DNA of 64,000 bases from a candidate division FCPU426 bacterium (lineage in GTDB: Bacteria > Oederibacteriota > JAAXVQ01 > JAUVAV01): assembly GCA_040756875.1 (NCBI GenBank), contig JBFLYH010000001.1:1452399-1516398 (forward strand). Direction: 5' to 3'. The notes beneath the pieces were generated by a model. That model was given only the letters and a program-made list of their open reading frames with translations, did no database searches and had not been told where the DNA came from. The translations under genes and the position numbers were made by a program. Of the stretch, positions 53,289 to 62,260 are shown piece by piece. Within the stretch, counting starts at the first letter, position 1. Every line of letters starts with the position of its first letter.

Positions 53289-55823
53289 TCAATTGGCCAC
53301 GGCCAGGCGGCGCCGCAACTGCCGCCTGGTTCCATCCTGAAAGCGGACGTCCACATCCAGCACATAGACCCCGCTCCGCACACGCAGGCCTTGGTCATTT
53401 CGCCCGTCCCAGCCCAGGGCTTGCATGCCCGCGGAGCGGTTGTCGTCCAGCAGGGTTTTGACCGGCCGGCCCTGCAGGGTCAGGACGCGTAAAACGGCCT
53501 TTCCGGTTTGTTCCATATAAAAAGAAACCTGCACCGGACCGGCGCTTAAAGGGCAGGGGTTCGGATAAATCCGCAACGAGGAGGAAAGCTCAGGCTGCCG
53601 GATATGCAGAGGGCCGGCCAGCAGGGGATAATTCTTCCCGGGCACAGGCTCGGCATACGCCCGGCCGGCATTCAAGCTCTGGCCGTCGTTAAGCCCGATG
53701 AAAACCGTATCGTGGGCCGGCTGCGCGAGCATGTCCGCCGCAATGGCAAGCGACAGCGTGCCCTGATCCGGAATCACGACCGCAGGATTGAAGAAGAACC
53801 AGCCGGTGTTCAACTGGAGGGCAGCCGGCGCCCGCCCTTCGGTCTGCGCTTCCACCCGCTGGAAAACGCTGTTCCACGCGATCCGCTGGTGCTTGCCGTC
53901 CTGCAGGGCCAGGGAAAGCGAAGACAGTGTGAACGCCTGGCCGCTGACATTGCGCACTTGGACCGTGCCCAAAGCGATGTCCGCGGTTCCTTTCACCACG
54001 TTGACCGGCGCGTCCGGAATAAAATCCAGGTAATACCGGACCGTGGGTTGGATGGTTTGGGCCGTGCTGTTGATCAGGAGCGACCGGCCCAGCGGCGTGC
54101 CGACCTGGAACATTGCCGCGCCGATGAGCAAGGTGAATTGGCAGGTCCGGCCGGGCTGAGCCTGGGGCAGAACATCGGCCGTGATGAAGAGGTTATCCCC
54201 CTCCTGCAGGGTCTGGTTCGTGTCCAGGCCCCATTGGCGGGGCGAAGCTTCGTTCATGATTCCCAGCAAGGTGGACGTGCCTGGATCGAACACCGTGCCG
54301 CTGGGCGCGTACCACAGGCGCACGGCCGCCAGGTCGGCTAGGGCTTCCGCGGTGCCTGTGTTCTCCACGCTCAACGCCTGCAAGGTGTCCGGCGAGGTGG
54401 AATGGTAGCGCAGCTGCCCGACCAGGTTGTCAGAAGTGCCGAGATACAGGATCGTTTCAGTGGCGGATATCCACTCCAAGGCTGCCGAAGGCACGGGGTC
54501 CTCATCCGCGCCGATGTCCCAGGGCGCGGTGCGGGGCTCACCATCTATGTCGTCGGCCAGAGAGAGGTAAACGTCCGTACTCAAATCCTGCCCAGCGTCC
54601 CGGGCCTGAAGATCAGTGTGGGAGAGGTGGAAATCGAAATTGCCCGGGTCGATGAATGTTACCAGCGTGTTATTTTTGGAGTGGAGGCCGGGCGCCTCGT
54701 TCGGGAGATCCGAAATATTATAGTCCGAAGCAATGGAAAACGCCTGGCCGGCCTGGGTGTAGTAGCCCCGCGTGCAGCCTTGCGCCAGGTTGTTTTTGAC
54801 CACCATTTGGCCGTTCCACAAGTTGATGCCATAGGTACTGTTGATAAAGGTGTTGTTGTACATATAACAGGTAAAACTGGGCTGGTCGAGCTCCATGGCT
54901 TCGCTGTTGGCTGTAGAGCGAAAATTGAAAAACACGTTGTTCCACACACGCACCGTGCCGCTGCCCGCCGCGTCCCAAATCAGCAGGCCGATGTGCCAGT
55001 CATTGGTGGTGGAATCCACGCTGCGGAACAGGCAGTGCGACACCCGGACATCCGCCTGACCGTTGCAGCGGACCCAAACCTGGCCCGTGCCGTCAACAGT
55101 CACGTTGGTGTGGTAAAACTTCAAGCCTTCGATGCGGACATGGTTGGCGTATATCCGGACGCTAACCTCGTTGTCGATCTCCATGCAATATCCCTGGCCG
55201 TTGACCCAACGTCCGGTGTGGCGCTGGCTCACGCCCGCTTCCGTGGGCAGGACCGGGGTGAAAACGCGGATATAGTGGGTGCTGTCCGTCACCCAGCTGT
55301 CTCCCCACCACGCGGGCACCGTGTCCGGCGCGTCCGCGTAGCAGGCCACGTTCAGCACTTCGTCGGATCCGGCCTCGGTCAGGTTTTTAGGGCCGGGGTC
55401 AAAATCCCGCAAGGCCGGCTCCACCCCGGGATTTTCCGCTCCTTCGTCGATGTCGTCCATGCAGTCATACGCCCGAAAAACGGACCAGTCCTGGTCCCCA
55501 CTGCAGGCCGCGGGCGTGCCGCCGCTGGCGCTCCGCACCTGATAGGAAGTGCTGCTCGCGCGGCTGTGAATGAACGCCAGGGCATCCACGGTTCCGTCGC
55601 CATTCGCGTCGTACTGGATGACATCCCCCACGCCGATAGCATTGGGCAGGCCGGTCGCAAAAGCCGCGGTGGTTCCGGAAATGACGAGGTTATTGCTGCC
55701 GCCCGTGGCCAGGGGAAGGTTGTTGCCCGGCCCGACCGAACGATAGATGGGCGTAGCAGCCCAGGCCGGAGCGGCTGCAACCGCCAACATCAGGATCAGG
55801 CAGCACCGCGAGCTACGAAGCAT
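53289..55823 (-). CDS. Secreted beta-helix-like protein with T9SS/FlgD-like C-terminal domain
   Basis: Signal peptide AWA; NN-rich repeats (VWNNVF, YNNTF, VKNNLA), DFHL, WDIGADE; C-terminal YPNP...GRPVKTL...WDGRNDQG...SGVY. Confidence 0.8.
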   Translation of the reverse strand: MLRSSRCCLILMLAVAAAPAWAATPIYRSVGPGNNLPLATGGSNNLVISGTTAAFATGLPNAIGVGDVIQYDANGDGTVDALAFIHSRASSTSYQVRSASGGTPAACSGDQDWSVFRAYDCMDDIDEGAENPGVEPALRDFDPGPKNLTEAGSDEVLNVACYADAPDTVPAWWGDSWVTDSTHYIRVFTPVLPTEAGVSQRHTGRWVNGQGYCMEIDNEVSVRIYANHVRIEGLKFYHTNVTVDGTGQVWVRCNGQADVRVSHCLFRSVDSTTNDWHIGLLIWDAAGSGTVRVWNNVFFNFRSTANSEAMELDQPSFTCYMYNNTFINSTYGINLWNGQMVVKNNLAQGCTRGYYTQAGQAFSIASDYNISDLPNEAPGLHSKNNTLVTFIDPGNFDFHLSHTDLQARDAGQDLSTDVYLSLADDIDGEPRTAPWDIGADEDPVPSAALEWISATETILYLGTSDNLVGQLRYHSTSPDTLQALSVENTGTAEALADLAAVRLWYAPSGTVFDPGTSTLLGIMNEASPRQWGLDTNQTLQEGDNLFITADVLPQAQPGRTCQFTLLIGAAMFQVGTPLGRSLLINSTAQTIQPTVRYYLDFIPDAPVNVVKGTADIALGTVQVRNVSGQAFTLSSLSLALQDGKHQRIAWNSVFQRVEAQTEGRAPAALQLNTGWFFFNPAVVIPDQGTLSLAIAADMLAQPAHDTVFIGLNDGQSLNAGRAYAEPVPGKNYPLLAGPLHIRQPELSSSLRIYPNPCPLSAGPVQVSFYMEQTGKAVLRVLTLQGRPVKTLLDDNRSAGMQALGWDGRNDQGLRVRSGVYVLDVDVRFQDGTRRQLRRRLAVAN

Positions 55824-55898
55824 CGAACTCCACCTTTAGGTTATGCTTCCGATATTTTCTTCCTGCCGGGTCAGACGGTCAAGGGGCCGGGGGCAAAA

Positions 55899-56639
55899 TC
55901 ACATGGACAGCCGTTTGAACATTGACTCGGGAATCGAACGGACGATCAGCATGATCCAGCGCCAATATCCGGGCAGGTAAACCACGTCCCGGCCCTGTTT
56001 GACCGCCCGTATAATCCCCGCGGCAATGGTTTCGGCTGAAGCGAAGAGCAGGCCCTTTTTAAGATGGCGGGTCATGGGCGTGTCCACGAAACCGGGCTTC
56101 ACGGTCAGCACGCGCACACGGCTTTTGTATAGCCGGTTGCGCAGCCCCTGTAAATAGGCGGAAAAACCCGCTTTGGCTGAACCGTAATAATAGTTGCTCT
56201 GGCGGCCGCGGTCCCCGGCCACAGAGGAAACGCCCACGATCAGGCCCTGCTTCCGGCGCTCCAGGTGCGGGACCAGGCGTTCCAGCACGGAGACTGCGCC
56301 CGTGAAGTTCGCGGCCAGCATGTCCTGGACCAGGCTGAAATCCTTCTGCGCCTCCTCCTGGGGATGCAGGATTCCGAAAAACAGGTATACTTCGTCCACG
56401 GCCTTGACCTTGCGCATGACCTCCTGCACGAAACGGTCGTGAGTGTCCGGGCGCAGGGCGTCGAAGCCCATGACCAGGGGTTCTGGCCCCTGGTTGCGCA
56501 CCGCCGCATCCGCCGCGGTCTTGCGCAGCTCGGCTGTGTTCCGGCTGGCGAGGATCAGCCGGTTGTCCGGCCCGGCCAGTTTCCGGATCAAGGCCTTGGC
56601 CATGCCCGAATTCGCGCCGAGAACGAGAACGGTTTTCAT
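55899..56639 (-). CDS. SDR oxidoreductase, DprE2-like
   Basis: LGANSGMA, SSVAGDRGRQSNYYYGSAKAG, VKPGFVDTPMT; downstream of a DprE1-like gene. Confidence 0.85.
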   Translation of the reverse strand: MKTVLVLGANSGMAKALIRKLAGPDNRLILASRNTAELRKTAADAAVRNQGPEPLVMGFDALRPDTHDRFVQEVMRKVKAVDEVYLFFGILHPQEEAQKDFSLVQDMLAANFTGAVSVLERLVPHLERRKQGLIVGVSSVAGDRGRQSNYYYGSAKAGFSAYLQGLRNRLYKSRVRVLTVKPGFVDTPMTRHLKKGLLFASAETIAAGIIRAVKQGRDVVYLPGYWRWIMLIVRSIPESMFKRLSM

Positions 56640-56681
56640 ACGCTCCTCCACGTTTTAAATCGAATGATACCGGACGATCGT

Positions 56682-56819
56682 CGGAGGAGGAAGCCTTTCA
56701 TTGCTTGTTCAAACTGCCCCGGCATGCAAAAGCCGCGGGGTGGCAACTGCATGGGTCTAGGGAAATTTGAGCGACCGGGGCAAAACGTGATCACAAGCAA
56801 CGAAAGGCTCCCTCCTCCG
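56682..56819. repeat. Long imperfect palindrome 1
   Basis: Arms cggaggaggaagcctttcattgcttgt...tgccccgg and ccggggca...acaagcaacgaaaggctccctcctccg. Confidence 0.9.
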
Positions 56820-56859
56820 GCACTCCTAATCATTTTCTTCCCCACTACTCCTGTTGCTT

Positions 56860-57002
56860 GGCTCTGGAGGCGAAGAAAAATTTGCCGGCGTTCATGTTCT
56901 GCCCCTGTCGCCCGAATTCAAATTAACCAAGGCCAAACCTCACAAGTTCATTTGCATACAGGGGCAATTAACGCGTGCAAATTTTTCTTCGCCTCCAGAG
57001 CC
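56860..57002. repeat. Long imperfect palindrome 2
   Basis: Perfect 26-bp terminal IR ggctctggaggcgaagaaaaatttgc plus inner tgcccctgt/acaggggca. Confidence 0.92.
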
Positions 57003-57003
57003 T

Positions 57004-58371
57004 TCATCCCCCTACTAGCCCCAACCTCCGCCCCATATCCGAGGCGAACACGCCCTGGGGATCGTACTTGGCCCGCGCCCGTTTCCACTCCTTGAGGCGG
57101 GGGTACATGCGTTCGAAGGTCTTGCGCTGCATGCGGCTGTCCTTGGCCAGGTAGAGGCGTCCTCCGAACTTGAGCACCAGCCGGTCCCATTCGTCCATGT
57201 GCTTCAGGATCGACCCGTCGCCCACCGGAAAATCCAGGGCCAGGAAATATCCCGGTTCGGGAAAGGACAAGGGCGCCGGGTTTTTCATGGGCCCGAATTT
57301 TTTCAGCACGGCCAGGAAAGAGGCCTTGCCGGTTTTGGCGATCGCCTCCAGCACCGCGCGCACGCCTTCGAAGCTGTGCGGCGGCGGGATGAGGAATTGG
57401 TACTGCAGCATGCCGCGCCGGCCGTATCCTCGGTTCCAATGCAGGATCGAGTCCAGCGGATAAAAGAAGCTGTCGTAATCCATGATGGTTTCCAGCCGCC
57501 GGGGGTGCTTGCCGTAATAAACCAGGTTGAACGCGTGCATGCTGAGCGGATTGAGCGCCAGCTCCGGGAAATCGAAGGGCACCGCAATTTTAAGTTTGCG
57601 GGGCACGGCCAGGGGTTCGCGGCGCTGGCGGGCACTGGCGAGTTCGGACTGCTTGGCAAAACGGCCGCGCATGAGAATGCTGCGTCCCAGGCTGCGGCCC
57701 TGGGCCAGGCAGTCGATCCAGGCCACGGTCATGAGCTCGGCCGGGGTCTCTTCCAGCAGGCGGAAGATGCCCTCCAGGTTGGGCGCTTTCAAGCCTTCAT
57801 ATTTAACATAGCTGCTCTCGATCTTCATCAGGTCCAGTTCCACGCTGGTGATGACGCCGGTAAGCCCCATGCCGCCCACGGTCGCCCAAAACAGGTCGGG
57901 TTTCTCGGTGGGCGAGCAGGATACCTCCCGGCCGTCGGCCAGCACCAGGTGCAGCCGGCGCAGGTAGTGGCCGAGCGGAAAGCGGCTCTTGCCGTGCACG
58001 TCGCAGGCCACGCACCCGCCGAGCGTGGGATACTGCGTGCCAGGCGTCACCGGCATAAACCAGCCCCGCGGCACCAGGGTGTGCAGCACCTGTTCCAGCG
58101 TCACTCCGGCTTCGGCGTGCAGGCGGCCGCGCTGGGCGTCGAAACCCAAAAACCGGTCTGCGGGCACGCAGTCCAGGCACCAGCCGTCGCGGTTCAAGGA
58201 GGCGTCGCCGTAGCTCCGACCCTCGCCCCGCGCCAGCACCGGGCGGCCCTGGCGGCCGGCCAGCCGGCGCTGCACGTCTGATGCGGACCACACGGGCTCG
58301 ACCTGCGCCTGGCTCCTGGGATACCGCCCCCAGCCGCACAGGGTTTGCATGGGCACGCCCTTGGTTGTCAT
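57004..58371 (-). CDS. FAD-binding oxidoreductase, DprE1-like
   Basis: GWG, RGEGRSYGD, PVTPGT, DVHGK, FFYPLD, WNRGYG, QYQ, GGRLYLAKD. Confidence 0.88.
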   Translation of the reverse strand: MTTKGVPMQTLCGWGRYPRSQAQVEPVWSASDVQRRLAGRQGRPVLARGEGRSYGDASLNRDGWCLDCVPADRFLGFDAQRGRLHAEAGVTLEQVLHTLVPRGWFMPVTPGTQYPTLGGCVACDVHGKSRFPLGHYLRRLHLVLADGREVSCSPTEKPDLFWATVGGMGLTGVITSVELDLMKIESSYVKYEGLKAPNLEGIFRLLEETPAELMTVAWIDCLAQGRSLGRSILMRGRFAKQSELASARQRREPLAVPRKLKIAVPFDFPELALNPLSMHAFNLVYYGKHPRRLETIMDYDSFFYPLDSILHWNRGYGRRGMLQYQFLIPPPHSFEGVRAVLEAIAKTGKASFLAVLKKFGPMKNPAPLSFPEPGYFLALDFPVGDGSILKHMDEWDRLVLKFGGRLYLAKDSRMQRKTFERMYPRLKEWKRARAKYDPQGVFASDMGRRLGLVGG

Positions 58372-58375
58372 CCGA

Positions 58376-58843
58376 TCATTCCCTCCCCCGCTGCCGCAAC
58401 TGGCGGTCGGTTTCGCGCTTGATGTCCCGCTCCTTGAGCGCCTGCTTTTTGTCGTGAGTCTGCTTGCCTTTGGCCAGGGCCAGCTCCACTTTGACCTTGT
58501 TCCCTTTCAGGTAAATGGACAGCGGCACCAAGGTGCACCCCCGCTGCGCCACCTGACCGGCCAGTTTATGAATCTCGCGCCTGTGCATGAGCAGCCGGCG
58601 CGTGCGCGTGGGATCGGGGTTCTGGCGGTTGCCCTGGGGATAGGGGGAAATGTGCAGGTTCAGGAGAAACAGCGAACCCTCTTTCACCAGCCCGTAGCTG
58701 TCCACGAGGTTGCCCTCGCCGGCGCGCAGGGACTTGACCTCGCAGCCGACCAGGGCGATGCCCGCTTCGTGCTTCTCCAGGATGTGGTAGAGGTGCAGGG
58801 CCTTGCGGTTGCGCACCAGCACGCGGATCTCCGGCTCGCTCAC
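58376..58843 (-). CDS. smpB: SsrA-binding protein
   Basis: NRKA, EAGIAL.G.EVKSLR, LAKGK..HDK. Confidence 0.97.
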   Translation of the reverse strand: MSEPEIRVLVRNRKALHLYHILEKHEAGIALVGCEVKSLRAGEGNLVDSYGLVKEGSLFLLNLHISPYPQGNRQNPDPTRTRRLLMHRREIHKLAGQVAQRGCTLVPLSIYLKGNKVKVELALAKGKQTHDKKQALKERDIKRETDRQLRQRGRE

Positions 58844-61119
58844 AATCGCCTCCGGCCGCCCCGCTTCGCGACCCGCGGCGGATTGCGCCGTGCAGGCGCG
58901 GCAGGCGGCTCTTCGTCCAGGCGGAAATAAACGCGGCTCTCCGCCTGGTCCACGGCCGCCACCCGCACGCTGACCTTGTCCCCGGTCGCGAACAGCCGGC
59001 CGTGGTTGGCTCCCACCAGCACGCGCTTGCGGTCGTCGAAGTAATAATAGTCATCCAGAAGGTCCGGAATCCGCACCAGGCCCTCCACGAAAACCTCGTC
59101 CAGTTCCACGAAAAAACCGAAGTTCGCGACCGAGCCGATCACGCCGGAATACGTCCGCCCGATTTTATCCGACATGAACTCGGCCTGTTTGAGCTTCACG
59201 GCCTCGCGCTCCGCTTTTTCCGCCCGCCGCTCAGTGGCGGACAACTGCATGCCGAGCAGCTCCAGCCTGGCCAGGGCCAGCGGTTTGCCCGCCAGGCTGG
59301 CCACGAGCTGGCGGTGCACCAGCAAGTCCGGATAGCGCCGGATGGGCGAGGTAAAGTGCGTGTAACAGGCGCTGGCCAGGCCGAAATGCCCCTGGTTGCG
59401 CGGCGAGTAGACGGCCAGCTTCATGGCGCGCAGCAGCGACATGTTCAACAGCGGGGCCTCGGGTTTGTCCTGCCAGGACCGCAGCAGCTTTTGGAAAGCC
59501 TTGGCCGCTTCGCGGGGTTTGCCGAGCCTGAGCTCGTAGCCGTAGGCCGCGATAAACTCACGGAAATCCTCCAGCTTCTCGCCGTCCGGCGTCTCGTGGA
59601 TCCGATAGAGCGTCGGCAGGCTGTGCCGCTGCAGGTGGCGCGCCACGGCCTCGTTGGCCGCGAGCATGCAGTCCTCGATGAGCCGGTGGCTCGCGAGCTG
59701 CGGCCGGCGCTCGATGGTGGTAACCCGGCCGTCCGGGCCGAGCACCACGCGCGGGTCCGGCAGGTCGAAGTCCAGGCTGCCGCGGCCCATGCGCTGGCGT
59801 CGCAGGGCCTGGGACACGGCCCACAGGCGCTTGAGCTCGGGGATAAAGCGTCCGGCCGGGTCTTCGGCCGGCCGTCCGGCCAGCACCTCCTCCACGCCCT
59901 CGTAGGTCAGGCGGGCCGCACTGTGGATCACGCTCCGGCTGAATTCGGCGTGGGACACCCGGCCGTCCGGCTCCACGGTCAACAGTGCGCTCACGGCCAG
60001 GCGGTCGAGGTCCGGACGCAGGCTGCAAACTCCGCACGACAGCGGTTCAGGCAGCATGTGCAGCACCCGGTCCGGCAGGTAAACGCTGGTGCCGCGCTCC
60101 CTGGCCTCCGCGTCCAGCAGCGACCCCGGCGCCAGGTAATGCGCCACGTCGGCGATGTGCACGCCCAGATGCCAGCCGCCGCCCGGCCGGTCCGCGCAGG
60201 AGACCGCGTCGTCGAAATCGCGCGCATCCGCACCGTCGATGGTGAAGATGGTTTCTTTCCGCAGGTCCAGGCGGCCGCGGCAGGCTGCTTCGTCCGGTTC
60301 GCGGGCCGCGGCAGCGGCCTGCTCCCAGGCGGGCGCGGAAAAGCGGTCGGGAATCTCGAAACGCCGGATCAGGGAGGTGATGTCCACGCCCGGCTCGTCC
60401 GGCCGGCCGAGCACCTCTTCGACGTGGGCCTGCCCCGGCTCCAGGCCGCGCGGCCATACGGTCACGCGCGCCACGACTTTTTGCCCGGATTTGGCGCCCG
60501 TGCGCCGGTTGGCCGGCACGACCAGGTCGCTAGCCGTGAAGAATCCTTCGGGCTTGATCCAGGTCTGTCCCTGCCGCTCGCTGAGCACGCCCACCACGGT
60601 CTGTCTGGCCCGCTCCAGCACCCGCACGATCTGGCCGCGGCGCCGGGCCACTTCGCCCGGCCGCCGGCCGGGCTGGGTGAACACACGGACTTCGACCAGG
60701 TCCTCGGGCAGGGCGTCGAGCAGGTCCGGCCCGGCCACGTAACAATCCGTCTGGCCGGCATCCAGGGGAATGACGAAGCCGAACCCGGGCTGGCTCTGTT
60801 GCAGCCTCCCCCGCAGTATCGCGGCGGATGTGCCGCGGCGCTCGCGCGGGGCAGGCGCGGCTTTGGCCGGTTTGGCCGCCGACTGCTGCTTCTTAGCCCG
60901 AAATCCGGACGCCGGCAGACCGAACAGGCCACCGCGCAGCCGCACGATCTGGCCTTCGGACTGGAGAGATTGCAGACGGCCGGCCAGATCCCTGCGCCGG
61001 CCGGCAGGCAGGCGCAGGCGCTGCAGCAGCTGCCTCAGGGACAGCGGCCCGGCGTGCAAGTGGGACAGAATCGTTCCGGATAAAACCGCCGGGCCGGATT
61101 GAAATTTGCGTTTGGACAC
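58840..61119 (-). CDS. rnr: Ribonuclease R
   Basis: TIDGADARDFDDA, HFTSPIRRYPDL, S1 domain; upstream of smpB. Confidence 0.95.
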   Translation of the reverse strand: MSKRKFQSGPAVLSGTILSHLHAGPLSLRQLLQRLRLPAGRRRDLAGRLQSLQSEGQIVRLRGGLFGLPASGFRAKKQQSAAKPAKAAPAPRERRGTSAAILRGRLQQSQPGFGFVIPLDAGQTDCYVAGPDLLDALPEDLVEVRVFTQPGRRPGEVARRRGQIVRVLERARQTVVGVLSERQGQTWIKPEGFFTASDLVVPANRRTGAKSGQKVVARVTVWPRGLEPGQAHVEEVLGRPDEPGVDITSLIRRFEIPDRFSAPAWEQAAAAAREPDEAACRGRLDLRKETIFTIDGADARDFDDAVSCADRPGGGWHLGVHIADVAHYLAPGSLLDAEARERGTSVYLPDRVLHMLPEPLSCGVCSLRPDLDRLAVSALLTVEPDGRVSHAEFSRSVIHSAARLTYEGVEEVLAGRPAEDPAGRFIPELKRLWAVSQALRRQRMGRGSLDFDLPDPRVVLGPDGRVTTIERRPQLASHRLIEDCMLAANEAVARHLQRHSLPTLYRIHETPDGEKLEDFREFIAAYGYELRLGKPREAAKAFQKLLRSWQDKPEAPLLNMSLLRAMKLAVYSPRNQGHFGLASACYTHFTSPIRRYPDLLVHRQLVASLAGKPLALARLELLGMQLSATERRAEKAEREAVKLKQAEFMSDKIGRTYSGVIGSVANFGFFVELDEVFVEGLVRIPDLLDDYYYFDDRKRVLVGANHGRLFATGDKVSVRVAAVDQAESRVYFRLDEEPPAAPARRNPPRVAKRGGRRRL

Positions 61120-61143
61120 GTTTCCTCGTTTCGGGCTTTGGGC

Positions 61144-61173
61144 TTGACAGTGGACAGAGGGGTGGGGTATATT
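61144..61173 (+). promoter_or_regulatory. Putative promoter of tRNA-Leu
   Basis: TTGACA-18-TATATT, 11 bp upstream of the tRNA. Confidence 0.55.
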
Positions 61174-61184
61174 TCTGTCTCCCC

Positions 61185-61271
61185 GCGGAAGTGGCGGAAC
61201 TGGCAGACGCGCTAGATTCAGGGTCTAGTGAGGGCAACCTTGTGGGGGTTCAAATCCCCCCTTCCGCACCA
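61185..61271 (+). tRNA. tRNA-Leu(CAG)
   Basis: gcggaagtggcggaactggcagacgc ctaga-ttCAGgg-tctag, long variable arm, ggttcaaatcc, CCA. Confidence 0.97.
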
Positions 61272-61459
61272 GCCTTTTCTCCCCTGGGCCGAATGGCCCG
61301 GGGGTTTTTTTCAACGCCACCTTGCCGCACCCTGCTGAACCGGGAGCATTTTCACATGTTCCCGACCGCTTGACAAGCCGCAAAATCCCACGCCCCGGCG
61401 GCAGGCGCGGCCCAGTTCCCGGGGCCCTTATGCCCCGCGCTTCGAGGAGACGGTTGATC

Positions 61460-62260
61460 ATGGCCGACTGGCTCTCGCCCGAAGAACGCTTTCAGGACCA
61501 CGTGGAAATCGTCGGCTACGGAACCGCGGGACTGGCCGGCATCGGGTTGGTGGTCTATTTCGGCGCGATCTTTTTCTACGCTCCGCTCCTGCACGCCTCG
61601 GCCGCGCAACATCTGGGCGTCCTCGGGCTGCTGGCGTCCATGCTGGTATTTTCCCTGTTCATCCCCCGCCAGGCAAACCCGGCCCGCATCTTTCTGCGCC
61701 TGCTCTTCATCGGCCTGGCTTTCACGGCCTCCCTGCGCCTGGCCGAAAGACTGCACTGGGCCTGGCTGTTGTCAGGCCTCTATGCCCTGTACGCGGCCTG
61801 GGTGCTGGGGCACCCGGTGGCTGTGCGTTTCTTCCGGCCCCTGCGGCCGGCGGAACAGCAGCGGCTTCCGGCCGCCGGGTGGCTGGCCTTTCACGGGCTG
61901 GTGCTGCTGCTCTATCTCCTGGGCGTGGCCTGGCGCGGCTGGCAGCGGCTGCTGCCCGAGTCCGGCGACCTGGCCGGAGAGACCGAGCTGGCCTTTCTGC
62001 AGGTGGTCGGCGCCATGGGCCTGGCCCTGCTCCAGATTTTCCTGATGCAAGCGCACAACTGGGCGCGCTGGCTCCTGGCCTGCGTGGCGCTCGCCATGGG
62101 ACTGGCCGCCCTGCCCGCCACCATGACCGGCGGGTTGGGCGACTACTGGCAGTACTGGCAGTCCCTGGCCCTGGCCGCCTATTTTCTCAGCCTGGCTGCC
62201 TATCTCGTTCTGGCGCCGTCCGCGCGCCTGGTTTTCGCCCCCCAACGCAAGGCCGCATGA
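61460..62260 (+). CDS. Hypothetical multi-pass membrane protein
   Basis: About 8 hydrophobic segments; ATG after GAGGAG. Confidence 0.7.
   Translation: MADWLSPEERFQDHVEIVGYGTAGLAGIGLVVYFGAIFFYAPLLHASAAQHLGVLGLLASMLVFSLFIPRQANPARIFLRLLFIGLAFTASLRLAERLHWAWLLSGLYALYAAWVLGHPVAVRFFRPLRPAEQQRLPAAGWLAFHGLVLLLYLLGVAWRGWQRLLPESGDLAGETELAFLQVVGAMGLALLQIFLMQAHNWARWLLACVALAMGLAALPATMTGGLGDYWQYWQSLALAAYFLSLAAYLVLAPSARLVFAPQRKAA

Noticed and set aside
56682-57002. Integron attC sites
   Set aside because: No clear RYYYAAC/GTTRRRY ends, no cassette ORF between the hairpins and no integrase in the window
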